Made by a program: the position numbers and the translations under genes. The notes beneath the pieces were generated by a model, which was not told the DNA's origin, did no database searches, and saw nothing but the letters and a program-made list of their open reading frames with translations. From the NCBI GenBank assembly GCA_964234715.1, contig OZ174279.1: a stretch of 64,000 nucleotides of DNA; one strand, 5' to 3'. Positions 1 through 12,569 of the stretch are shown piece after piece (position 1 is the first letter of the stretch; each line of letters opens with the position of its first letter). Origin of the DNA: Podarcis melisellensis. Lineage: Eukaryota.

Positions 1-360
1 AGAATAATATAATATAAAAGCCACAAAGTACATAGTAAAAATAAGAACAACCAACTAATAATCTCCTCTCCCACAACACCTTTAAGAGGGCACTGGATAT
101 CAATCAACCAAAGGCCTGATTGAAAAGGAACATTTTCACCTAGCATCTAAGGTTGTATAATGAAGGCGCCAGATGAGCCTTCCTGGGGAGAGCATTCCAC
201 AAATGGGGAGCTACTGCAGAAAAGGCCCTTGCTCGTGTTGCCATCCGCTGGACCTCTCGTGGAGGAGGCATGTGAAGAAGGGCTTCAGATGATGATCGCA
301 GAGTGCAATTGGGTTCATACAGGGAGGTGCGACCCTGAGCCACTTAAGGCTTTATGGTTA
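1..360 (-). mobile_element. L2-clade LINE 3' fragment
   Basis: ORF 140-343 has the L2 ORF2 C-terminal motif RAFSAVAPHLWNALP; very similar to 28810-29080; ends approximate. Confidence 0.8.
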
Positions 361-998
361 ATATGTCTAGAAATATGGGCTACAGCTGTTGATGGACAAC
401 TGCTTGTCTATTTTTCTCTTTCTAGCGTACTTTGCTCCACAATCTTGATCCCGTCTTCTTCCTGCTTTCTGTGCCTTCTTGCCCTACAACTTAGAAGAGG
501 TTGGCTTTTGAGTAACAGTCTTGAAAGTGCACATCATTTTACTGTTCAATTGAGTATTTTCTGAAAGCTTCTGGAAAAAGCCTTGCTTTGTGCTTTCTGG
601 ATCTCTTTGTTGATAAACCTCTGTATGTCGCATATTTGTGCCCTTGTGTTAGAACGTCAACAAAGCCAAATTCTTAAATCCCTTTAAAGGGATTTATTGT
701 GAAAAAGGTAAAGGGATTGGAGAAGATTGGCTACCTGGGGGAATCCTTTTGTGTTCAGCCAGAATGCAAACATTTCTATTTTTGCTGATAATTATCACAT
801 AGCAGTTCATGCTCAGATATGTGGAGGAGACTTGCTGTTAATGATAATAATGAAAAGCCTCTGACTCATTACAGTTGCAGATGTAAGGATTTCGTAAACA
901 CAGTGAGAATACTTGTCTGGAACATTTTTTAATCTTTTAATTCGTTTCATTCTACATGGATTCCATGCTTTGGGCACGAATCAGTGAAAGTATGTCCT

Positions 999-1164
999 GA
1001 GAGAGAGAGAGAGACAGAGCGACTGTGTGTGTGTGTCTGTGTGTGTGTGTGTGTAATTGTTTGTGTTTGTTTAGTCATGTCCGACTCTTCGTGACCCCAT
1101 GGACCAGAGCACGCCAGGCACTCCTGTCTTCCTCTGCCTCCCACAGCTTGGTCACACACACACA

Positions 1165-1224
<60 letters not shown>
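999..1224. repeat. Compound microsatellites (GA)n(TG)n and (CA)n(CT)n flanking a Bov-B tip
   Basis: Seen directly. Confidence 0.9.
1058..1154 (-). mobile_element. Bov-B (RTE) LINE extreme 3' end
   Basis: gtccgactcttcgtgaccccatggaccagagcacgccaggc matches the 3' end of the copy at 24829. Confidence 0.85.
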
Positions 1225-1226
<2 letters not shown>

Positions 1227-2449
1227 CTGGATCAAGTGACTTTTCTTGTTTAAGTTTTCAAAGTTCTTAGCTCAAGGTTGTCATCTGAACTAGCCAGGTG
1301 TTTAACTGATAGTCAATCACAGTCAGTCCATCATTTGAAAAACAGCACTTTTAGAGCCATCCTGCCCAAAATGGCAAGTAGGTATTCCATTTTGGCGGCT
1401 GCAGCCTTGGTTTAAGGAGTCATTTGGGGCCTAGGTTATATATCTGAGTTTCTGACACTGGGAAGGTCCAGGTCGTTCTAAATCTGTGGTGAAAGTCTAG
1501 CGGAGAGACACTTATATTCACGTTATATAGGATGCTGTTTTGGAGATGGTTTCTGCACCAGGCATCTGTGGCTTTGGAAGTAGAGATTTTCAGATTAGTG
1601 CGCTTTTTACATCGGCTAATTAAAAATAATTGTGGAGGTTAATAAAGCAACAATTAAACCGTTAACTTAAAACTTTTAACGTGAGGCACTTCTCTGAGAG
1701 AAGGAACCCTACTGTAAACAGGAGCTTGAGCTGGAATTACTGGAATGACTCCACAGGATAGGCAAGCAAGTATTTTGTTTTTTAAGTAAGGTTTTATGTC
1801 TCCCTGCTTCCGATGATGCACAAGAAAACTGATGGCTTTTCAGAGTAAGGGTGAGCTGTTTTTCATTAGCAAGTACACACTGCAACTTCTTGAGAGGCCT
1901 GTTGGCTTTTGTTGGGCACCTGGGGATTCTAGGTTTCATTTAAAAATAAATTCCTAATCATCACGTTTGTTGCAGCGCACAGCGGTGTTGCTCCATGAAA
2001 TTACGCTGTGAAAAGTCATCAGTGCGAAGCTTCCACCACGAGGAGCATCTGTGCTTGGCACTTAGAGCCAATCTATTATGTTCAGGAAAGGCAAGTGGTA
2101 AAGCCCTTCCTGGCACTAGTGACATTTCAGAATGAATGTTTGCATGCTATCTATGGAGTTCCCATCATGCAGGTCACCCTTCTGTATTCTGAAATGGTGC
2201 AGCTCCAAAAAGCAAACTTGACTACTTTCCAGGCACACCTGTCTTTGTAGAAAAGGTGGATCACACCGTGGTTTGGATCCAACACCTCTTGACCCAATAT
2301 CAGTTGCAAGATCTTCAGGTGATCATGAAGATGGATAAGAGGCACTTAAGAGATTGTCTCTTCAGGTTCGACGCAGAAAGGGATTTAACCACAATCGCCT
2401 CTACCCAAAGTTCACCATGGTTCCCACTTATCAAAACGGAGCACATCCA

Positions 2450-2921
2450 AGCTAGTTATCTTCACGGCCTAGGACCCTCATACCGACAGGACCGCCTCTC
2501 CCGGTATGCCCCACGGAGAGCCTCAAGGTCCGTAAATAGCAACACCCTAGTGGTCCCGGGTCTTAAGGAAGTTAGATTAGCTTCAACCAGAACCAGGGTC
2601 TTTTCAACTCTGGCCCAGGCCTGGTGGAACGCTCTGCCTCATGAGACCAGGGCCCTGCGGGATCTGATTTCTTTCCACAGGGCCTGTAAGACAGAGTTGT
2701 TCCGCCTGGCCTTTGGTTTGGAGCCATTTGATTCCCTCCCCCTCTTTCTTTTTTCTTTTCCTTTCTCCTCCTGCGATGAGGCTACATTTTAATATTTTAA
2801 TGCTTCAATATTTTAACGTTGTATTTTAATTTTGTTTTTAAAGTTGTATTCATTCAACTTGTTTTTATTATTGCTTGTTAGCCGCCCTGAGCCTGGCCTT
2901 GGCTGGGGAGGGTGAGGTATA

Positions 2922-2976
<55 letters not shown>
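2450..2976 (+). mobile_element. L2-clade LINE 3' end with (AAT)n tail
   Basis: LHGLGPSY..DRL..Y.P.R..RS...FSTLAQAWWNALP motif; 3'UTR ends gttagccgccctgag...ggtataaat(aat)n; same family as 57945 and 62473. Confidence 0.85.
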
Positions 2977-3552
2977 GCTTCCACTTGCTGTACTAAGAAT
3001 CACTTTTAAAGAATTACGATTCCAATTGATGCCCTCAGCGGTGGTGGATGGTCTGTACGGCAAAGTACAGTACAGGGAGAGACTCTGTGTGAGCAACCTT
3101 GCATGGAGGACCTGTACCACTATTTATTGCAATGCCCGCTATATATATAGAACCAAGAGACCGATTTATAAAACCCCTGCTTACGAATGGAACACAATCG
3201 AACAGGGCAGAAAAGGTGAAATGGCTGCTGAGTGATACTGAAGACTTTGTAACTTATAAAGTAGCACTATATGCGTTGGCAGCTAAGAAGATCAGGAGAA
3301 AAGAACTAGATGAAATAGCAGTGAATTGCAAAGGTGATTTGGACATTTAAGCTGGCACATTCTACCTGAGAAGCCATTGCTATTCTATTGTATGCAACAA
3401 ATAATTTGTAGGAGATGTGACCATGGTTTATTGTATTTGTAGTGCCTGATGTTTTTATGGTTTTTATGGTTAGTGTTGTTTTTCTTTTTGTTTCCTTTGT
3501 GAATGATGCCATGGCCTTTGGCTAGTGCAATAAAGTTGATGATGACGACGAC
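2977..3552 (+). mobile_element. Non-LTR retrotransposon 3' fragment (RTE-X-like, CCHC zinc knuckle)
   Basis: ELRFQLMPSAVVDGLYGKVQYRERLC then, frameshifted, CEQPCMEDLYHYLLQCPLY; ends AATAAA + (GAT/GAC)n. Clade assignment is from memory. Confidence 0.6.
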
Positions 3553-4001
3553 TATGGTTTGTGATGCTGGTTAGCACTTGTACTAATTTTCCCCAGTTTG
3601 GAGCTGTGCTTTAACAAACAAACAAATCTTCTATGAAGCTAGGGGTTTGAGGGGAACAGGGAATGCTCAGGGTCACTGCTCATTTGTGATCCAGTGAAGC
3701 ATTGTTTATTGGCCTGGGAATAGGACACCAGAACTGGTTTATTTGGTCCTTTGAGGTCTACCAAATTCTTGGAGGTTGGGGATCAAGAATTCAGCCGTAT
3801 GTTTGGATGTTTGGCTGAGCTGACCTTCTGGCTGAATTCATGGGGACAGGGGAAAAGGTTGATTAATAGTGCGAATTAGAAGGCTTAGAGGGCTAACCTC
3901 CTTGCTTTGCACTCCTGGTGTTTCCTCTAAAACTGTTATTCCACCTCGTGTCGTCAGATTAAGCTGGGTCACAGCTATCACCATCCTCAGCTATCTTAGT
4001 A

Positions 4002-4680
4002 CAGTGGTGCCTCGCAAGACGAAATTAATTCGTTCCGCAAGTCTTTTCGTCTTGCGAGTTTTTTGTCTTGCGAAGCACGGTTTCCCATAGGAATGCATTA
4101 AAAATCAATTAATGCGTTCCTATGGAAACCGCCTTCAGCCCAGGTCCGGGGACAGTCTGTCCCCTGACCTCTTCTGAAGGCTGGCGGGGGGGCGAAAGTC
4201 TTTCCTCCGCTGTCCCGGGGCGATTTTAAAATGCTCCCGGATGGCTTTTGAAGGCAGGCGGGGGGGAGCAAAGACTTTTGCCCCCCGCCCGCCTTCAGAA
4301 GAGGTCCAGGACCTCTTCTGAAGGCTGGCGGGGGGCAAAAGTCTTTGCTCCCCCCCGCCTGCCTTCAAAAGCCATCCAGGATAGCGGGAAGCGCTTCCCT
4401 GCTATCCCGGACTGCTTTTAAAATGCTGGCGGTGGGGAGCAAAGCCTTTCGGCCCCCGCCGGCCTTCCTGGACCTCTTCTGAAGGCCGGGGGGGGGGGGA
4501 AAGGCTTTGCTCCCCGCCGCTAGCATTTAAAAGAGGTCCCCGGAGATTTCCCTATGGGCTTTCTTCTTGCGAAGCAAGCCCATAGGGAAATTCGTTTTGC
4601 GAAGTGCCTCCAAAACGGAAAACCCTTTCGTCTAGCTGGTTTTTCGTCTTGCGAGGTGTTCGTCTTGCGGGGCACCACTG
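4002..4680. mobile_element. Tc1/mariner-superfamily (Tigger/pogo-like) MITE
   Basis: TA|cagtggtgcctcgcaagacgaa ... ttcgtcttgcggggcaccactg|TA. Confidence 0.9.
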
Positions 4681-5418
4681 TATATGGCCAGGAATAAGGG
4701 TAGCTGTAGTCTAACAACATCTGGACCCAAGGTGGAAGAACGCTGTCCTAAAAAGCATTAAGCTCTCAAAACTCGCAGTTATCATTTTCCACCATCCCCA
4801 CTCGCAAACAAGCCATGGTGGGTTTCTCAATTTCTCTTATAACCTCTCCCCTGCTTCCGAAGAAATGTTTTATCAGTAGGGTAAGCAAAACAAAACTCCG
4901 AGCAACGAATAGATGTGAGAAAGTTTAATCCTGCACAGTGTAACAGTTTAGAAGAAATTGATTTATTTTTTTAAAGGAATCGAATGCACATGCCCTGTGC
5001 AAAGGAATTAAGGCTCACTTTGTACCCAGAGTACAGAAATGTGGGGGTTCACAAAGCCAGTTTTCTCATCTAAACCACAGCCCTCCCCCTTAAGCAAAAT
5101 AAAAAGAAATCTTGTAATAGATTCCCTGCATCTTGTCTAAAAGCAGCTTCTCTCACTCCCACCCACTGGCTCAAGATAACAACACACCTGGGTTGTTAAA
5201 TGATTCTAGAAACCAAAGCCTGTTGTCCACAGTCGGGTTCCAAGATCTGAAGGGCATACGTCTGCCTACCTTGCCTACCTTGGAAGATATGCTTAGAACA
5301 AAGCAGCAGGAAAAAGAAGCAGTCTTTGCTCACTGGGCGGGAAGTTCCAAAGGAGTTCAAAATATGTATCTCCACAAGGAGGGGAGAAAAAAAAGAAGTT
5401 TTCGCTATCTGCATAGGC

Positions 5419-5542
5419 CAGGGGTGCCCAAACATTTTAAAAAGAGGACCAGATTTTTTTAAAAATTTTTTTACAAGTTTACCGCAAAGTTGTCGACTGG
5501 CAGGCCGGATTAGGCCCCCGAAGTGGACTTTGGACATGCCTG
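5419..5542. mobile_element. Short hAT-like MITE
   Basis: Imperfect TIRs caggggtgcccaaac / ctttggacatgcctg; degenerate 8-bp flanks gcataggc / gcgtagca. Confidence 0.55.
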
Positions 5543-6601
5543 GCGTAGCAATTTTCTTCGGCTTCTTGGAGAAACGGTTTTGAAATGTCATCCAGGTCAG
5601 AAGTAAGAGCTGCTAAGAAGGGATCAGTGGAGCTAGCTGTCCTCTCTGTCCTCTTCCAGTTTCAGTGTTGTCCTCGTAGAACTTAGCAGAGAGGAGGATG
5701 AGGGAGAAAGCCAGATTTTGTCCACTCTGTCTCTACCTGCCATTGGCCTCCTTGCCTTCTGCTCTGTTGGTCCCAATGGTCTAGCACCAGCCACCACGGG
5801 TGGAAAAATAGCTGCTTCTTGGCACAACATGGCAATTAGTTGGTATTCAAGCTCACAGGCAGTTTCAATGAAAGAGCTAGGAATTAGGCAGTTATGTTTT
5901 CTCCATCAGCTCTCTTAAAAAGAAACATTGGTGAACAGCACCATCATGTAGTTTGTGTTGCAGGTGAGTAATGCCCAGGGCTACACTGCTGCCACATCCA
6001 TTTTGTGGAATTTCAGAGAGTGGTCCTGGTGATTATTTTATTGTATTATTTGAAAAGAGATCTGGTACGTTTGTGTAATGTCGTATCAGGCCAAAGGTGC
6101 ATTCATTTCCTTGAAGAGGTACCAATTTCTGCAGATGACTTTTTAAGCATCTCCCATTTCGTACTCACTGGAAGTTTTTAGCGTGCAAGTCTGGAGTCTG
6201 ACCTTTTAAGAGCTATCACAAAAAGGACACGGCACGTTACGGAATAGAAATACGAACTAGATCTTTAAACGGAGATAACCTATTATTGATTGTGGAGCAA
6301 TTTTAAAAGCTATATAGCCCGGCGTTCTTATCTATGGATTGAACTAGCCACAATTTATTTTATTTTATCCATTCTTTAACCACAATTTTGCCATTTTCTA
6401 AATAGCATGCAGTCGCCATTAGGATTCAGTCTTTCTCATCCATTGTTTTCTTAATGTTCCGAAGTGACTAATGGATATGAATGTGTTGCAAAGTGAAAAT
6501 GTAGTTTGAAAAAGAGAGAGAGAAGGAAAAAAAACAACCCTCATGGCTTTCTACCAAAAAGGTTCCCTTTCCAGGTAGGATTGGGAAACAGTGTTGATGA
6601 C

Positions 6602-6916
6602 CCGTGCCGGGTTTATGTATAAGCTAAACAAGCTATATCTTAGAGCCCCACTCTCTTGGGGGCCCCAAAAAAATTAAAAGGAAAAAAAAGATGTACATTT
6701 CCAAAATATAAGATAAAAAACAAATAAAATAAAACCTACATACAGCAACAGTCTTTTGTGTTATTTATGGACCTATTAGGTCCGTAAATTACCATATAGC
6801 ATATATTCAACACAAAAAACAGCGACAATTTGTTGTTGACAAAGGACAGCTGGACATATAAAGGGCCCCATTACCTTCAGTAGCTTATGGCCCCATCAAA
6901 CCTAAATCATACTCTG
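6602..6916. mobile_element. hAT-like non-autonomous DNA transposon
   Basis: 8-bp TSD ttgatgac (6594-6601) / tcgatgac (6917-6924); degenerate TIRs ccgtgccgggttta / taaatcatactctg. Confidence 0.7.
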
Positions 6917-8584
6917 TCGATGACAGTCAAGGTGGGCTGTACTGAGGTAGACAGACCAGTGTCTTGTCCTTGGTGTGGACAAGCAATTTGTCCTTCACAT
7001 AAGTCCACAAAAAATACTGGCTCACAAACTTCCTAATTAGTGAGCATCCGGATGGGTGACCACCTGAGAAACACGTGCCATAAAGGCCCAAGTCACCTCA
7101 ATTAGAAATTAGGCATTCTGCACCGCCAGCCTCATGTTATGGAACATTCTTCCAACAGGGATGCTGCAGGTATCCTCACTTCCAGGTGTCTCTTGAAGAC
7201 CATTTTATGCCGACAGCTGTTTATTTTTTAAATCTTTGATTAGGCAGTCACCTTAACGATTGTCTGTATTTTTGATGTTTCTATGATTCTATGTGGCTTC
7301 GGCACCGGCACGCCACCCTGCTGCTTTAGGATAGGGTGCGATACTTTAATAAATAAATGTATGCTGCCTTGACCCCCCCCCCCCAGGGCAGAAGAAAGTG
7401 GAATACAAATGTAAATAAATAAAAAACCGAAATCTGGTTGTTTGCTGAGGATGTTGGATGAGATAGGCATTTATTTTTTTGTCTTGATTCATCAGGGCTG
7501 CTCTCCTGAAGATTACATAGTGCAGGGGAAAGTGCTCAATTTTCTAGCTTTCATTTCAACCGCGAGGGCTTTTGGGAAACTTCCATTTTTTATTATTTTT
7601 TATTTAGTTCTGCCCTCTTTATCCTCCGTCCCCACAGAAAATCTCATCCTCTGTTATTTTATGAGAAGCAGCGGGCCAAGTCAGGATGCAAGAGTTCCTC
7701 CACAGTCCCGTGACCTGCTGCATCTCTGCCCAATCATATTTCTGTTATCTTTGTCATCTCCCAGCTACCTGAAAAGGAACCATTAAGTGAATAGGATTAC
7801 ATCACTTTTAAAATAAAGGCTCTATTACCTTCGCCAAAAGCAGTGGCTGTTTCCTTGTGTTAGGAGCACAATTGTGTTCTGATCCTTTTAGCTAGGTAAA
7901 GGGGGGGAGATGTTCTTTGTATCTACAGAGGGTTTTAAATGTATACCTGTAACTGATTTATGGCCTTGGAGAGGGAGATTGCTTTCCCAAAAACATCAAT
8001 TTCACATTGTACCAGCTTTTCCCTTCTTCGTTGTTGTTGGGTGAAATAATTTTAGAATGGTCAGGAGCCATGTGAATCGAGGGCAGCAAGGCTGTATGTT
8101 TTTGTGGTATTGACATTTCCTTCTCCCTTTCTGCAGAGGCACCCCACACTATTGGGTCATGGAAGCCCCACAGGCATGTAGGAGGGGATTATTTTTTTAT
8201 CAACTGCCCTTCATCCGAAGATCTCGGGGCAGTTCACAGCATAAAAATGCAAGATAATGTGGCTGGTATTCTCTAGGATGCCATTTTAATGGCTCTTTGG
8301 TGTAGCTCCCAGGAGCACATCTGCTATGAAACAACCTCGATTGATTGATTGATTGATTGATTGAATTTATATACCACCCTATACTCAGAGGTCTCAGAAA
8401 AGATCTCAATATATAAAATAAAAACAATAACAATAACCCAATATTGCAGATGAAGCTCCAGGGCCCCTAATCCCCCCGAAATGTCTGTAGTCCACACTGC
8501 TTTTAAAAAGTTCTTTTTAAAAAATGCACCATGTGCGTATATAACATTTGTCTAAATTTACCTAATTTTCACCTTCCTCCCTTA

Positions 8585-8714
8585 GAATCATAGCATAGTT
8601 GGAAGGTGCCACAAAGATCAACAAGTCCAACCTCCTGCAGTGCAGAAATATTTTGCCCCACATGTGGCTTGAACCCATGACCATGAGATTTAAGAGTCTC
8701 ATGCTCTACCAACA
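8585..8714 (-). mobile_element. tRNA(Lys)-derived SINE with CR1-like tail
   Basis: Minus strand reads ggtagagcatgagactcttaaatctc..ggttcaagcc (tRNA-Lys-like A/B boxes) and ends cttccaac..atgattct; related to 54140-54260. Confidence 0.7.
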
Positions 8715-9146
8715 AAAACAAGTAAGGCGTGGGAAATTTTAATTCATACCAGTGATCTTTGACGTGTGAGAGAATCCTGTGCAGCAATTTTAATAAAAAA
8801 CTGAGCTATAGTAGCTAATTTATTTATTTATTTATTTATTTAAATGTGGCGATCTGTCGTGGAACAAACCCGTTGAAGAAAGTAAGAGTGGTTACCCAGA
8901 CTTTGTTGCTGGTTGCAAAGGGGCCCCCATGACAGTTCAAGCTTCAGGGCTCCCAAAAATGTAGGTCTGCCGGTTGTAGCTCCCCAACCTTTTTTTGGAT
9001 GTATTCTCCATTGCCTTGTATGGGGTGTGTGCTGCATTTCAAAAAATGGCTGGGGGAGGGGGCGAAAGGAAAGCCTCCCCCACCACCAAAGACTTTTGAG
9101 GCAACAGGAATTGGGGATGAATTGCCCAGTGCCAAAGGCAGCAGAA

Positions 9147-9599
9147 TGTGGCACATTGGGGTTAAACTGAAAACGGGCCCAGCCTCACACCCTCGCTTCC
9201 GGCTGCCAGTTGAAGAGGCAACATTATTTAGTGAGCAGGAAGAGGCCGTGGCAGAGAGGAGTCCAGAATCAGAAGCTGGAACAGGAGAGGAGAAGTGGCC
9301 AAGAGGCAAAGGTGAACCAGGCTGGTGAAGAAGCCAGGGCGTCTTCCTCTCCAGCTGCGACAAACTCCCCTATTAGTCTCCCAGGAACAGGAGAGGCATG
9401 AAGCGGGAGGAGCAAAGGCAGACATTCAGGCACAGTCTCAGATTGCTTGAGGAGGACTCGGTCGGGAGAGGAGGAGACTTAAGTAGCTGCAGGAGGGTGG
9501 GGACCTTCAGCTTCCACGACTACAAGACCCTACCCATGAGCTGGTTTCTGCTAATAAAGATTTAAACCCTGTGATTTATTATTGGCTGGCTCCCTGACA
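9147..9599 (+). mobile_element. Putative solo LTR (Gypsy-like)
   Basis: tgt...aca ends, purine-rich body, TATA-like cttaagta near 9480, AATAAA at 9553; no clean TSD. Confidence 0.45.
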
Positions 9600-9617
9600 C
9601 ATAGACACATACCCTCC

Positions 9618-9660
<43 letters not shown>
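9618..9660. repeat. (GATA)n microsatellite
   Basis: Seen directly. Confidence 0.95.
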
Positions 9661-10000
9661 ATGCAGCTTACATAATAACATGTAAAGCACTCAAGTGAAG
9701 CGAGTTGCATTTTCTCATTTGTGGAACTGTGCTGTGAACGGCCGCAGCAAGCTTAGCTTACGCAGTGGCGGACGGCAACTATATTTGAAAAGTTGTCTCA
9801 TGTCATTTGTCTCGTTCATATATATATATATGATTCCTTAAGACTGAACTGAAAGAGGTAGTTACAGTCATTACCTCACCCCCTGGAAATCTACAGTGGA
9901 GGTCATTTGAGGGGCAGTTTGGAGAAATTCTTCCAGCAGCTGCTATGTCTCTGCTTGCCTGCGGACAGAGAATGCCTCCTGGCTGCATTGCTTCTCTGGC

Positions 10001-10150
10001 TAAGAACATAAGAGGGGTTTGGCTGGATCAGGCCAAAGGGCCATCTCTTCCGGCTTCCTCTTCTCACGGCGGCCAAACAGATGTCTCTGTGAAGCCCTCA
10101 AAGAGGACACAAGTACAACAACAGTCTCTCTCCTCTGCCCCTGCTTTTTC
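10001..10150 (-). mobile_element. Old CR1-like LINE 3' fragment
   Basis: taagaacataaga..gctggatcaggccaaagg resembles recalled reptile CR1 3' termini. Confidence 0.5.
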
Positions 10151-10722
10151 TCCCCACAACAGCGAAATCTTCTGTTATGCAGCAATGTACAGACACCCCC
10201 CCCACACACACACATTAGCCTGTCACTTTAGTTTTCTCAATCTCATGCAAAATCTCAAGGTTCTGGGGCCCAGATGGTCATGGGTGGGCAATAAACCAAG
10301 AGGTTTACCAGCAATTGCTGTAGTCATCCAATAATGTCCCAGGCAGGAAACGGAGCCCTGTAAACAATTCTCCTTTTCTGCAATGCGTTCCAGAACGTCT
10401 GTACCAGAGTTTCATTGTTTTAACTTTCTGTTTTGATGGAGAGAGCACGCTTCGTAAATAAACACAGACACTCCTGGCCGTTTCAGCTACGCAGCGTCCC
10501 TTTTTGGATGCCCAACTGATGCCTGTGGCACGGGCACACCTTTCACCAGCAATTCGGCTTGTGCGCCAGCCATGGCCCCAGTGCCCCCGGTTACACTTGC
10601 CCTTCTCCAGACTTCCTTACTGCAAAACCTTGCATGTGGGAGTGCTCTGGAAAAATGTGTCTAGAAGCTTGCTGTTTCTGAATGCAAAGGCTATTGACAG
10701 GAACTGCTGCCGGTTCTGAATA

Positions 10723-10982
10723 CAGTGGTACCTCTGGTTGCGAATGGGATCCGTTACGGAGGCCCGTTCGCAACATGAAAAGCTCGCAACCTGAAGTGCC
10801 GTATCTGCGCAGGTGCGCAGTGCGATTTGGCGCTTGTGCGCATGCGCGAAGTGCGATTTAGTGCTTGTGTGCATGCGCAAGCGATGAAACCCGGAAGTAA
10901 CCCTTTCCGGTACTTCCGGGTCACCGCGGGATGCAACCTGGAAAAACGTAGCATGAAGCAAACATAACATGAGGTATGACTG
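10723..10982. mobile_element. Tigger-like MITE (GCGCATGCGC-core family)
   Basis: TA|cagtggtacctc ... gaggtatgactg|TA. Confidence 0.9.
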
Positions 10983-11829
10983 TACACTACTGGCTGCTTG
11001 GAATATACCTCTTCAGCAAATTTAATAAATAATAGTAATAATAATGCTGATTTCACCAGGTCCTGTTCATTCCTAGGGAGACTTCAGGTTACGGATGAGC
11101 AAATAAATAAATAAAATGACTCTCTGCGACTCTGGCCCAGAGTATCTATACTGGCTAGACCTTTGTAATATCTGTGTTGTAGGCTCTTTCTGGGTGCTGG
11201 AGATATAACATGCAGTGGCAAGAGGTAGGTCAGGGGGGTGAGGCTTCACTGCCCTAGTTACAGAAGGTTCTTTCCCAAAACACATGTTTGGTGTGTACTT
11301 TGCTAGTTTTTCTTTTCCAGGTCAAGATAGTTTTATTATCCTCTGCATTTACTGCAGGGTTTCTTTCATTCTAGCTCTTTCTCTGCTGTTACTGCTTTTT
11401 AGAACAACAATAATAAATCATCTTAGAATTGTTTCAGTGTTTCACTGTTTTAATTGTTAAAATGTAATTTTTTATTAGTTGCCTGGAAGCTCTTGCCAAA
11501 AATCTTTTAAATAAATATTATCCTGGGACAGAGTGTTCTGCAAGTTGACTAAAGATGGCTTCAACAAGGTTGCGAGATGTGAAGCGAATTTAATGAGGTG
11601 TGATTCCGCCATGTGCCAGTTGAACGGTTTTGATGTTTTTGCACGTCCATCGTGTTTGTCTGGTATCTATTATGAAGTAAACAATGATGATGGATCCGTG
11701 CTTTTTTGTTATGGGGGGTAAAAAATGAGGTGCTGCTTCTGGGATCTTGATAACAAGTGTTGTGGGTGCCAGCACAAAATGGCAGCTGTGGGTGGTAAGA
11801 AAAAAATATGGCAGAACTCAGTACTAGTA

Positions 11830-12042
11830 CAGTCATATCTCTGGTTACGGATGCTTCAGGTTGCGTTGTTTTTTTGGGGGGGTTACAGACCCGCCGAAAC
11901 CCAGAAGTACCGGAACAGGTTACGTCCGGGTTTCGGGGGCTGCGCATGCGCTGAATCGCAACCCGCACATGCGCAGACGCACCACTGTGGGTTGCGAACG
12001 TGCATCCCTCACGGATCACGTTTGCTACCCGAGGGTCCACTG
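11830..12042. mobile_element. Tigger-like MITE (GCGCATGCGC-core family)
   Basis: TA|cagtcatatctc ... gagggtccactg|TA; close relative of 28490. Confidence 0.9.
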
Positions 12043-12159
12043 TACTGTTGAGTACTGTGACATAAAAATACACTGATGATGGCAATAACTGCCCGTTCAG
12101 CAAGCCTAAAGATGTGGCGATGGCGTTGAGCTACGTGCACCAAATGGGCATCAAAGCTT

Positions 12160-12265
12160 TGTTGTTGTTGTTTAGTCGTTTAGTCGTGTCCAACTCTTCA
12201 TGATCCCATGGACCAGAGCACGCCAGGCACTCCTGTCTCCCACTGTCTCCCGCAGTTTGATCAGA
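12160..12265 (-). mobile_element. Bov-B 3' tip with TSD
   Basis: 11-bp TSD catcaaagctt at 12149-12159 and 12266-12276; (CAA)n tail on the minus strand. Confidence 0.9.
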
Positions 12266-12326
12266 CATCAAAGCTTATGTAAAAAAAAAAACTAACGGTT
12301 ATTGTGTGATGCAAAATTTTGTAATA

Positions 12327-12569
12327 CAGTGGAACCTTGCTTTTTTAGCATCTTGGAAGCCGAAGTTTTCAGAACCCGAACGCCAAAACCCCAGAAGTAA
12401 TCGCTTCCGTTTTTGAACGCACCTCAGAAGTCGAACGGATTCCGCTTGCGTGTTTTTCAGTTTTCACCATTGAAATCGCCAACAGCCCTTTGTGGCTCGG
12501 TTGTCGAACGTTTGGGACGTCGGAACGGTCTTCTGGAATGGATTACGTTCAACAACCAAGGTTCCACTG
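12327..12569. mobile_element. Tigger-like MITE
   Basis: TA|cagtggaaccttg ... caaggttccactg|TG. Confidence 0.85.

Noticed and set aside
8660-8714. tRNA-Lys gene (also tRNA-like heads at 24350, 49672 and the Sauria SINEs)
   Set aside because: The cloverleafs are degenerate and fused to SINE bodies and tails; these are SINE heads.
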